Part shown: positions 15,740 to 22,808 of the stretch, piece after piece
How the letters are laid out: every line of letters starts with the position of its first letter
How positions within the stretch are numbered: position 1 is the stretch's first letter
NCBI GenBank assembly: GCA_036380775.1
Contig: DASVED010000313.1
Location: 1 to 34,836 of the forward strand
Length of the DNA: 34,836 nucleotides
Source of the DNA: Actinomycetes bacterium
Lineage (GTDB): Bacteria > Actinomycetota > Actinomycetes > JACCUZ01
Reading direction: 5' to 3'
Program-made: the position numbers and the translations under genes
Notes under the pieces: model-generated
Database searches by the model: none
The model's input: only the letters and a program-made list of their open reading frames with translations
Told to the model about the DNA's origin: nothing

Positions 15740-16249
15740 CTAGATGAAGAGCAGCTGGGCGCCGTCGGTCTTCTCGATGAAGTCCGCAGCACTGATGATC
15801 GCCTCGACACCTCCGTAGAGGTCGTCCATCGTCAGGTGGTTCATGTCGGCGGACATGCGACATGCCCACAGGTGCCCACCGGAGTCGACGATCTGCTCCA
15901 GGAACTCAGGGACCTCGGGGACGCCGAGCTCGGCGATGGACTTCTTCAGCTTCTTGGTGGCGATGGAGGTCATCCAGGGCAGTCCACCGAGGCCCTGGGG
16001 CATGTGGGTCGCCGTGTTGCCGAGCATGGTGAACTTCAGGTCGCCCATGGTCTTCTTGTTGATCAGCTCGAAACCCCAGAAGGTGAAGAACAGGTGGGTC
16101 TCCACGCCCTCGCCCAAGGCGGCATTGGCCAGGATCAGGCCGGGGTAGGCCATGTCCAGGTTGCCCTTGGAGCAGATGATGGCGATCTTGCGGTCGGTCT
16201 CGACGTCATCGTCGAAGGTCGGGATGACGGCGTCCTGCGTGGTGGTCAT
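15740..16249 (-). CDS. DsrE/DsrF/DrsH-like sulfur-relay family protein
   Basis: RKIAIICSKGNLDMAYPGLILANAALGEGVETHLFFTFWGFELINKK...GGHLWACRMSADM, with a conserved Cys in an ACxMS context. Confidence 0.8.
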   Translation of the reverse strand: MTTTQDAVIPTFDDDVETDRKIAIICSKGNLDMAYPGLILANAALGEGVETHLFFTFWGFELINKKTMGDLKFTMLGNTATHMPQGLGGLPWMTSIATKKLKKSIAELGVPEVPEFLEQIVDSGGHLWACRMSADMNHLTMDDLYGGVEAIISAADFIEKTDGAQLLFI

Positions 16250-16273
16250 GGTGCGTGCCTTTCGTGAGTGCGG

Positions 16274-16588
16274 CTAGACGCAGCCGTGCGGCTTGGGGAG
16301 ACCGGCGATGTAGGCCATCTTCTTGGCCGGCTTCTTGGGAAAGAGCCTGAACTGCTCCTTGGTGGGCACGCCTCCCACGGTCTGGACGCGACGGGTGGTG
16401 GGGGTTTCGCCCTGTGTCTTGAAGTCGTCACGCAGGAACCGGATCACTCTCCAGTGCTCATCGGTGAGATCGATGCCGATGTTCTTGGCGAGCGATTCCG
16501 CGAGTTCCTCGTCCCACTCGTCGTACCGGGTGAGGAACCCTTCGTCGTTCACCTGGACCTCGCGACCGTTCATCGTGGTGACAGGCAT
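16274..16588 (-). CDS. TusE/DsrC-family sulfur carrier (single C-terminal Cys)
   Basis: 104 aa ending ...KKMAYIAGLPKPHGCV, the hallmark PKPxGCV tail. The second DsrC cysteine (10 residues upstream) is Met here. AAGGAG lies 9 nt upstream of ATG 16588. Confidence 0.85.
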   Translation of the reverse strand: MPVTTMNGREVQVNDEGFLTRYDEWDEELAESLAKNIGIDLTDEHWRVIRFLRDDFKTQGETPTTRRVQTVGGVPTKEQFRLFPKKPAKKMAYIAGLPKPHGCV

Positions 16589-16593
16589 GGCGA

Positions 16594-17304
16594 CTACTCC
16601 TTTCGCTTGTGTTGATCAGATGTGGTGGTCGGCTCGGCTCCCAGGGCCTGCAGGAGATCGAGTGATCGGGCGACGCCGCGGCGAGTCTGCGGCTGACGCA
16701 GCTGCTTGAGCAGCGCGTACATCGACGGTGGGTCGCTGTGTGCGGACTGGCCCTCGCGCAGGCTGACCATCGTGCGGTCGAGCAGCCCGGCCATCGCTGG
16801 GGTGGCTATGATCTTCGCGACACCCAGCAGCATGACGAGGTTGTCGCCCAGGGTTTCGAAGTCCTCGTCGGCAGAGGCGGCAACGACGCGATCAAGCACC
16901 GACCGGCCGCCCCGGGCGACCGCGAAGTATCCCTTGCGCTCGACCTCGGCGAGTGCTCCTGCGGCTTTGGCGAAGCCTGCGCTGCCGAGGGATGTGACCT
17001 CGCTGCCCAGCTCGTTGAGCCCCTGGAGCTGGTCGAGGACGCGTTCCAGCTGCGGCAGTGACCGGGCCAGGGTGCGGGCGAGGCGGACGACGTCGTCGAT
17101 GGTGACGTCGTCGCTGAGATCCTCCAGCTCGCTACTGACGAGATCGAATGCGCTAAGGCTGACCGGGGCGAGCGTCTGCGCCAGCTCGTGCCATTGCTCG
17201 CGCGACTCACGCTGCTGGCGCAGATCGCCGGCTATCTCCGCCACGTGGGCGGACAACTGGTCGAGCCGCTCCTCGAGGGTGGGGCTGGCCACGACGGTGG
17301 TCAT
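16594..17304 (-). CDS. DUF1641-like helical protein
   Basis: ATG 17304 overlaps the SQR stop (ATGA). It is an acidic, Leu-rich helical protein (MTTVVASPTLEERLDQLSAHVAEIAGDL...) in the position where DUF1641 proteins accompany SQR-type flavoproteins. The family call is from memory of the pattern, not a search. Confidence 0.6.
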   Translation of the reverse strand: MTTVVASPTLEERLDQLSAHVAEIAGDLRQQRESREQWHELAQTLAPVSLSAFDLVSSELEDLSDDVTIDDVVRLARTLARSLPQLERVLDQLQGLNELGSEVTSLGSAGFAKAAGALAEVERKGYFAVARGGRSVLDRVVAASADEDFETLGDNLVMLLGVAKIIATPAMAGLLDRTMVSLREGQSAHSDPPSMYALLKQLRQPQTRRGVARSLDLLQALGAEPTTTSDQHKRKE

Positions 17305-18542
17305 GACACACCGCCGGTCTGCTTGCCGGCCATCGACATCAGCGCCGGCAGCGGGAGGTTCTTCCCGGGAAGCAGCAGGTTCCAGTACATCCAGCGGAAC
17401 ATGACCTTGCCCCAGTGGTTCATCTCGGTCTCTTGGAGCAGGCTGAACGGTCCGAGACCGGGCAGTGGGTACTTGCCGGGCAGCGGCTCTGTCTCGTAGT
17501 TGAAGTCGATGAGCAAACCCTTGCCGTGGCCCGTCTCGATAAAGCAGTTCGCGTGCCCGTCGAACTTCTCGTGCATCGGTAGGCCCTGTACGTGGCGCAG
17601 GAAGTTGTCCGGGAACAGGTCGATCGAGAAGTGCGCGACCGAGCCCGCCTTGGAGGCGGGGATGTTGGACGCGTCTCCGACGGCGAAGATGTTGTCGTGA
17701 GCCGTGGACAGCAGCGTCTCCTTGTCGACGGGCACGTAGTTCAGGTCGTCGCCGAGCCCGGAGCGCTCGATGTAGTCCGCGCCCATGTTCAACGGGACGG
17801 TGACGAGCACGTCGTAGCCGATCTCCCGCTCGTCGAAGGAGACCAGCTTCTTCGCCTCGGGGTCGATCGACTCGATCACGAAGTCGGGCTCCAGGGTGAT
17901 CTTGCGATCCTCGAGCATGTTCCCCAGGTACCGCGAGGACACCGGCTTGGTGAACGCGCCTTCCAGCGGCGTGACATAGGTCATCTCGACCCGGTCGCGC
18001 ATCCCCTGCTCGCTGAAGAATGCCTCGGCCAGGAAGGCGAACTCCAGCGGGGCAACCGGGCACTTGATCGGCATCTCGGTGATGTGAATGACCAAGTGAC
18101 CGCCATCCCAGGTTCTGAGCTTCTCGGCGAGCCGGGTGGCGCCTTGGTAGGTGTAGAACTCGTGCACGCTGCCGCCCATGTCCTCGGACATACCGGGGGT
18201 CTGGTCGGGGCGAGGAGTGGTGCCGGAGGCGATGACCAGGTAGTCGTAGGCCAGTTCCTGCCCGTCCATCAGGAGTACTTTGCTGTCTTCCGCCATGACT
18301 CGGTCGATCTCTGCCTCGACGAGCTCGACACCCTCGGGGATGAACCGCCTGCGCGGCTTCACCACCTCGTCAGGGCGGTAGGTCCCGAACGGGATGAACA
18401 GGAAACCCGGCTGGTAGTAGTGGGTCGCGCTCTGGTCCACCACAGTGATGGCCCACTCGTCGCGGGACAGGCGCGGCCGAAGCTTGTTCACGACCATGGT
18501 CCCGGCGGTGCCTCCGCCGAGCACGAGGAGATGCTTCATCAC
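17301..18542 (-). CDS. sqr: Sulfide:quinone oxidoreductase-type FAD-dependent disulfide oxidoreductase
   Basis: KHLLVLGGGTAGTMV (FAD fold), redox cysteines in MPIKCPVAPLEF and GHANCFIETG, FAVGDAS. Start is GTG 18542 or ATG 18539; both overlap the regulator's stop (GTGATGA). Confidence 0.85.
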   Translation of the reverse strand: MMKHLLVLGGGTAGTMVVNKLRPRLSRDEWAITVVDQSATHYYQPGFLFIPFGTYRPDEVVKPRRRFIPEGVELVEAEIDRVMAEDSKVLLMDGQELAYDYLVIASGTTPRPDQTPGMSEDMGGSVHEFYTYQGATRLAEKLRTWDGGHLVIHITEMPIKCPVAPLEFAFLAEAFFSEQGMRDRVEMTYVTPLEGAFTKPVSSRYLGNMLEDRKITLEPDFVIESIDPEAKKLVSFDEREIGYDVLVTVPLNMGADYIERSGLGDDLNYVPVDKETLLSTAHDNIFAVGDASNIPASKAGSVAHFSIDLFPDNFLRHVQGLPMHEKFDGHANCFIETGHGKGLLIDFNYETEPLPGKYPLPGLGPFSLLQETEMNHWGKVMFRWMYWNLLLPGKNLPLPALMSMAGKQTGGVS

Positions 18543-19264
18543 GTGCTCCCTGTGGTTACTGAGGGTTTGGGCGCTGAAGAGATCGGGGTCGCCGGCCGAG
18601 GCGGGGGTGGAATCGCACGGGAGATCGCTGCGGCGACCTTGGGCAGCGAGGCGAGCACACGGCGTCGGGCCGCCTCATCGAGCTGGTAGAGCTCACGGGA
18701 GTCGTTGCCGGGCGGCGCGAGACCGCCCGCGAGAACCATGCCCACCAGGACGGTTCCCGACCGGATGTGAGCGCGTGCGCAGTCGAAACCGAGGGGACCC
18801 GTCCGGAACTGCGGCTCGAAGTCCAGCTCGTCGGCCAGCAGCTTCCACTCCGCGACGCAGGCGCCGAACGTGTCCGGGTCCTCGGCTTTGTCGATGAACC
18901 AGGGGCACGGGTTGGCCACACCGCTCAATGGCCTGCCGCCCATGTCGGTGACGACCATCATCACTCCGAGCAACTCGGCGGCCACCGCGAGCACGGAGGC
19001 CACGGTTCCGACCGGTAGACAGGCAGCAGGGGTCTCGTTCGACCCTGCGGCGCGGGGGCCGACAACCAACAGGCGCTCGATCTGCTCCAGCGGGAAACGC
19101 CACTGGCGGCCGACTTTCAGGGCCGGAATCCGCCCGTCGTCGGCCATCCGATACACCGTCGAACGGTCAACGCCCAGCATGCCCTGGACCTGTCGCGCCG
19201 TGAGCAATGGCGGCAACGCCGCTTGCTCTTTGCTCCTGTCCTGCATGCTCTGCACGCTATGCAC
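18539..19264 (-). CDS. Excisionase/MerR-type HTH fused to a PocR-like sensory domain; putative operon regulator
   Basis: LLTARQVQGMLGVDRSTVYRMADDGRIPALKVGRQWRF (HTH), then VVTDMGGRPLSGVANPCPWF...FGACVAEW...GFDCARAHIRSGTVLVGMVLAGG (PocR-like Cys pattern). The start is uncertain: GTG 19264 or ATG 19246. Confidence 0.7.
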   Translation of the reverse strand: MHSVQSMQDRSKEQAALPPLLTARQVQGMLGVDRSTVYRMADDGRIPALKVGRQWRFPLEQIERLLVVGPRAAGSNETPAACLPVGTVASVLAVAAELLGVMMVVTDMGGRPLSGVANPCPWFIDKAEDPDTFGACVAEWKLLADELDFEPQFRTGPLGFDCARAHIRSGTVLVGMVLAGGLAPPGNDSRELYQLDEAARRRVLASLPKVAAAISRAIPPPPRPATPISSAPKPSVTTGST

Positions 19265-19477
19265 GTACAGGTGAGCAGCTAAGAGTCCAAGGGCCTGACT
19301 CTGGTGGTGACGTGCCCCTCTGGCTGGGACCTTCGTCTGCCGACGCGAAGGGGATCTGCGTGAGGCGGCCAGTCCCGGCCGGCGGTGACCAACGCCTCTG
19401 ACGGTTTCGCGCTGGCTGCGGTTACATGGCCGTCAAGGAGGGGCATCCGCGCCGCCCCTGTTGCGGAGGAGCATGTC

Positions 19478-20242
19478 ATGACCACCACTCCCGTCTCTCG
19501 ACCACCGGTCGACCAGCGACGGCCGCTGCTCGGCCTGCGCCGCAGGCCCGGCCGTCTCGCGCTCATGGTCATGCGGATGCCGTTGCGGGCCTACCGGCAC
19601 GACGCCGGCTGGATGCTGGGCCACACCTTTGTCGAGTTCACACACGTGGGACGCAAGACCGGCCGACCCCACGATGCGGTCGCGATGGTGCTGCGCTACG
19701 ACGAGGCGACGCGCGAGACCGTCATCTGCGCGGGGTGGGCCGACACCGACTGGTACCGCAACCTGCGCGCCGGCCCAGCGGCGATGGTGAGACTGGGGCG
19801 CGACTCGTTCACGCCTGAGCACCGGTTCCTCACCGAGGCGGACGCGTTCGACGTCGCCGTGCAGTTCCGCCGCGAGCACCCGCACCGGATGCGCTTGATC
19901 ACTAGAGTCCTCGGATGGGGTGACCTTCGCGAGGACGACGCGGTACGCGAGTTCGTCCGCGCTCACCCGTTCGTCGCGTTCCGGCCAGCCCCGCCGCCGA
20001 CAGGCCGAACACCACGCGCCGGGCGCAGGGGACAGCGTTCGAGGTGCTGCCCGACGTTGGCCCCTGGCCCGGATCTCGTGAATGTGCTCAAGGGACCCAT
20101 CTCGTCGCCACGGGCCAAGCAGGGAGGGCCTTCTGATGGATGTTCAGCGTCCGAGCCTGCACCGAGGAACGGTCCGTCAGGCGCCCCCGGCCATAGACTT
20201 CTGACGCCGCAAGCACGGGCCGACATGACTCACGCGGGGTGA
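19478..20242 (+). CDS. DUF385 / deazaflavin-dependent nitroreductase-family protein with a non-coding-looking C-terminal tail
   Basis: ATG 19478 with GGAGGAG 6 nt upstream. FTHVGRKTGRPHDAVAMVLRY...DWYRNLRAGPAAMVRLG is the family pattern. After about 19990 the third-position G/C collapses, although the frame stays open to 20242. Confidence 0.7.
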   Translation: MTTTPVSRPPVDQRRPLLGLRRRPGRLALMVMRMPLRAYRHDAGWMLGHTFVEFTHVGRKTGRPHDAVAMVLRYDEATRETVICAGWADTDWYRNLRAGPAAMVRLGRDSFTPEHRFLTEADAFDVAVQFRREHPHRMRLITRVLGWGDLREDDAVREFVRAHPFVAFRPAPPPTGRTPRAGRRGQRSRCCPTLAPGPDLVNVLKGPISSPRAKQGGPSDGCSASEPAPRNGPSGAPGHRLLTPQARADMTHAG

Positions 20243-20342
20243 TTGCGCCAGTACCGTGTCGACTGGACGGATCCGTGTGGGACGGTTCTCTGGAGGGAAT
20301 TCCGGAGGAAAGTCCCGATGGAACTACGTATCTCCCGCGCCC

Positions 20343-20418
20343 GCCCCCGTAGCTCAGTGGAAAGAGCAGCCGCCTTCTAAGCGGACGGTCGCAGGTTCGA
20401 TCCCTGCCGGGGGCGCCA
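20343..20418 (+). tRNA. tRNA-Arg: tRNA-Arg (anticodon TCT), CCA encoded
   Basis: Acceptor GCCCCCG/CGGGGGC, D arm GCTCAGTGGAAAGAGC, anticodon stem-loop CCGC-CTTCTAA-GCGG, T arm GCAGGTTCGATCCCTGC, then G-CCA. Confidence 0.9.
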
Positions 20419-20449
20419 GCTGGCCCTCGGCCCGGGTGGCTGCTGGACG

Positions 20450-20740
20450 CTAGCTCTCGGAGTGGCGGAGCTGCTCGATGTCGCGCGAGGCGCGCTCCTT
20501 CGCGTCCTGCTGGACGCGGGTCGCGACGAGGAACTCGGCGGCCTCCAGCCGCTCCTCCTCGCTCTGCCAGGTGATCCGCAGACCGTAGTGCTCGGGTTCC
20601 CCGTCGACCGGCGCGTCGTCGTGCACGACCTGGAGATCCGGCGCCTGCCGGTGGCCGACGACGTCGGGTCCGGGGTCATTGCGCACGGTGCCGCCGCCGC
20701 GCTCGTCGCGGCGCTTGCCCTGCCCGTCGTGACGTCCCAT
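20450..20740 (-). CDS. Hypothetical protein (96 aa, charged)
   Basis: ATG 20740 with AGGGAG 9 nt upstream and good third-position G/C. Sequence: MGRHDGQGKRRDERGGG...EHYGLRITWQSEEERLEAAEFLVATRVQQD. No family recognised. Confidence 0.55.
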   Translation of the reverse strand: MGRHDGQGKRRDERGGGTVRNDPGPDVVGHRQAPDLQVVHDDAPVDGEPEHYGLRITWQSEEERLEAAEFLVATRVQQDAKERASRDIEQLRHSES

Positions 20741-20905
20741 TACCGACAGCTCCCTGTGACCCGCCACTGTCAGGATGCGCCGATCCTGAGCAGAAAGATA
20801 CCCAACCGACAGTCACGATTTCCTCACGATAAGTGATCAAACCACCGCGACCCGCCCTTCGGCCGCGGGCATGGGTCCAGCGCTCCGGCCGTCTAGGGTG
20901 CGCCC

Positions 20906-21532
20906 ATGACCGAGCGCAACGACCGGATGGTGTGGATCGACTGCGAGATGACCGGGCTCTCGCTCGAGCACGACGCGCTCGTCGAGGTGGCTGCGCTGGT
21001 CACCGATGCGGACCTCAACGTGCTGGGCACGGGTGTCGATGTGGTCATCAGGCCGCCGGACGCCGCACTGGAGCAGATGGTCGACGTCGTGCGGGACATG
21101 CACACGTCGTCCGGCCTGCTGACCGAGCTGGCCGCCGGGACCACGCTTGCGGCGGCCGAGGAGCAGGTGCTGGCCTACGTCCGCGAGCACGTGCCGCAGG
21201 CACGCAAGGCGCCGCTGGCGGGAAACACCGTCTACGTGGACCGAGGGTTCCTGGCGCGGGACATGAAGGACCTGGACGCCCACCTGCACTACCGGCTGGT
21301 CGACGTCTCCTCGATCAAGGAGCTGGTCCGGCGGTGGTTCCCGCGCGTCTACTTCAACACCCCGGCCAAGCACGGCGGGCACCGTGCCCTCGCCGACATC
21401 CGCGAGAGCATCGAGGAGCTGAAGTTCTACCGGCAGGCCGTGTTCGTGCCTCATCCCGGCCCGGACGGCGACGCCGCCAAGGCTCTGGCCGCCCGGTTCG
21501 AGCTCTCCCCCTCCTCCGAGGCAGAGGACTGA
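20906..21532 (+). CDS. orn: Oligoribonuclease
   Basis: [27 protein letters not shown]...[16 protein letters not shown]...[13 protein letters not shown]...[18 protein letters not shown], the DEDDh exonuclease motifs of Orn. Confidence 0.9.
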   Translation: MTERNDRMVWIDCEMTGLSLEHDALVEVAALVTDADLNVLGTGVDVVIRPPDAALEQMVDVVRDMHTSSGLLTELAAGTTLAAAEEQVLAYVREHVPQARKAPLAGNTVYVDRGFLARDMKDLDAHLHYRLVDVSSIKELVRRWFPRVYFNTPAKHGGHRALADIRESIEELKFYRQAVFVPHPGPDGDAAKALAARFELSPSSEAED

Positions 21533-21589
21533 AGCCGTCGCGGCTGCTTGTATGATTTCCGTGCCGCGCCCCCCGGGTGCGGTGCACAT

Positions 21590-21666
21590 GGTGGGTGTAG
21601 CTCAGCTGGTAGAGCGCCGCGTTGTGGTCGCGGATGCCGCGGGTTCAAGTCCCGTCACTCACCCCA
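21590..21666 (+). tRNA. tRNA-His: tRNA-His (anticodon GTG) with encoded G-1 and CCA
   Basis: G-GTGGGTG-TA-GCTCAGCTGGTAGAGC, anticodon stem-loop CCGCG-TTGTGGT-CGCGG, T loop TTCAAGT, 3' end CACTCAC-C-CCA. Confidence 0.9.
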
Positions 21667-21694
21667 TACGCAGGACCAGCCGGTGCCCTGCCCG

Positions 21695-22624
21695 TCAGAT
21701 CGTGATGTCGTCGGCTGCCCTCAGTTCACGACTGGCGGCATCGACGCTCTCGATGCTGCCGAGCGGGTCGGCATCCTTCAGGGCGCCGAACCCCAGGCCG
21801 GTCAGGCTCTCGATCTGCGCGACCGGCACCTGGTGGGTCTTGAACTGGCCGAAGGCGAACTCGAGGTCCGTCAGCAGGTCCGACTGGCTGACGGTGTAGC
21901 CGGTGGCCGACAGCGCGCCGTCCTCCGTCCGACGCATCACCGCCACCTTCCAGAAGGCCTGTGGGAGCCGGAACCCCCGGTGTTCCGGGTCGGAGTCGGT
22001 CAGCACGGGACCGGTGAACACGCTCGCCCGGAAGTCCAACGTGTCGGCGTTGCGGAGCAGGTAGTCCTCGAGCGACAGCCAGGTGCGCTGGTTGAACGAT
22101 GAGTGCTGCGCCGAGCAGTTCGTGAAGAAGAAGCTGTCCTCCTCACCGGCTTTGGCCGACGCGACGTCACCCCAGGCGGGATCCAGCCGCCGGACGAGAT
22201 GTCCCCGGTCGAGGTCGTTGTCCTCGTAGAGCTCCTCCCCCGTCTGGAACTTCTCGTCCAGCCGTGGGTCGAAGGACCAGACGTCACGGTGCCGCTTGAA
22301 CAGCCGCATGAGGGACCCGTCGATGTTGACGGCCGTGAACAGCGCGACCCGGCGCTCCGCATGGGTGGCGACGGAGAAGTGTGTGTAGTGCAGAAGGTAC
22401 TTGCGCGTCCCGCGCTGCCGTGGCGAGACCGTCACGAGCTTCTTGGCCGTCGCTGCGCCCACTGTCGGCAGCGGGACCCGCAGCTCTCCCCTCCCGAGAA
22501 ACAGCTCGTCGAAGCCCTTCCGGCCGGCGAGTGACGCGGCCGTGACGGGCGTCCGCGCTGCCTCGGCCGTGACGGGCCCGGTGACGACCGGCTGCGCCTC
22601 CCGGTCCACCACTGATCGCTGCAT
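21695..22624 (-). CDS. DNA/RNA non-specific endonuclease (beta-beta-alpha-Me, DRGH type)
   Basis: YEDNDLDRGHLVRRLD...FFFTNCSAQHSSFNQRTW. The likely start is ATG 22624 (GGGGAGG 5 nt upstream); the track start is 22675. There is no hydrophobic signal-like N-terminus. Confidence 0.8.
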   Translation of the reverse strand: MQRSVVDREAQPVVTGPVTAEAARTPVTAASLAGRKGFDELFLGRGELRVPLPTVGAATAKKLVTVSPRQRGTRKYLLHYTHFSVATHAERRVALFTAVNIDGSLMRLFKRHRDVWSFDPRLDEKFQTGEELYEDNDLDRGHLVRRLDPAWGDVASAKAGEEDSFFFTNCSAQHSSFNQRTWLSLEDYLLRNADTLDFRASVFTGPVLTDSDPEHRGFRLPQAFWKVAVMRRTEDGALSATGYTVSQSDLLTDLEFAFGQFKTHQVPVAQIESLTGLGFGALKDADPLGSIESVDAASRELRAADDITI

Positions 22625-22808
22625 CCACGCCTCCCCCATGACGTTGCGGCCCGGGGGCTCGGCCCGCTCCTGCACAGTGGCACGATGCCGTCACCTCATC
22701 AAGGCCACAGCTCACCACGCCACGCCTCGTTGCGCGTACCGACCCATCCGGGACTACGGTGCAATTCGCCCGCATCCCATGCCCCGCACCTGGACAGGAC
22801 CTGATCTC

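Noticed and set aside
8400-20450. Mobile-element hallmarks (integrase, transposase, long direct or inverted terminal repeats) for the sulfur block
   Set aside because: None was recognised in any frame by eye. The accessory status therefore rests only on gene content, bordering spacers and the adjacent tRNA. I do not call it a mobile element.
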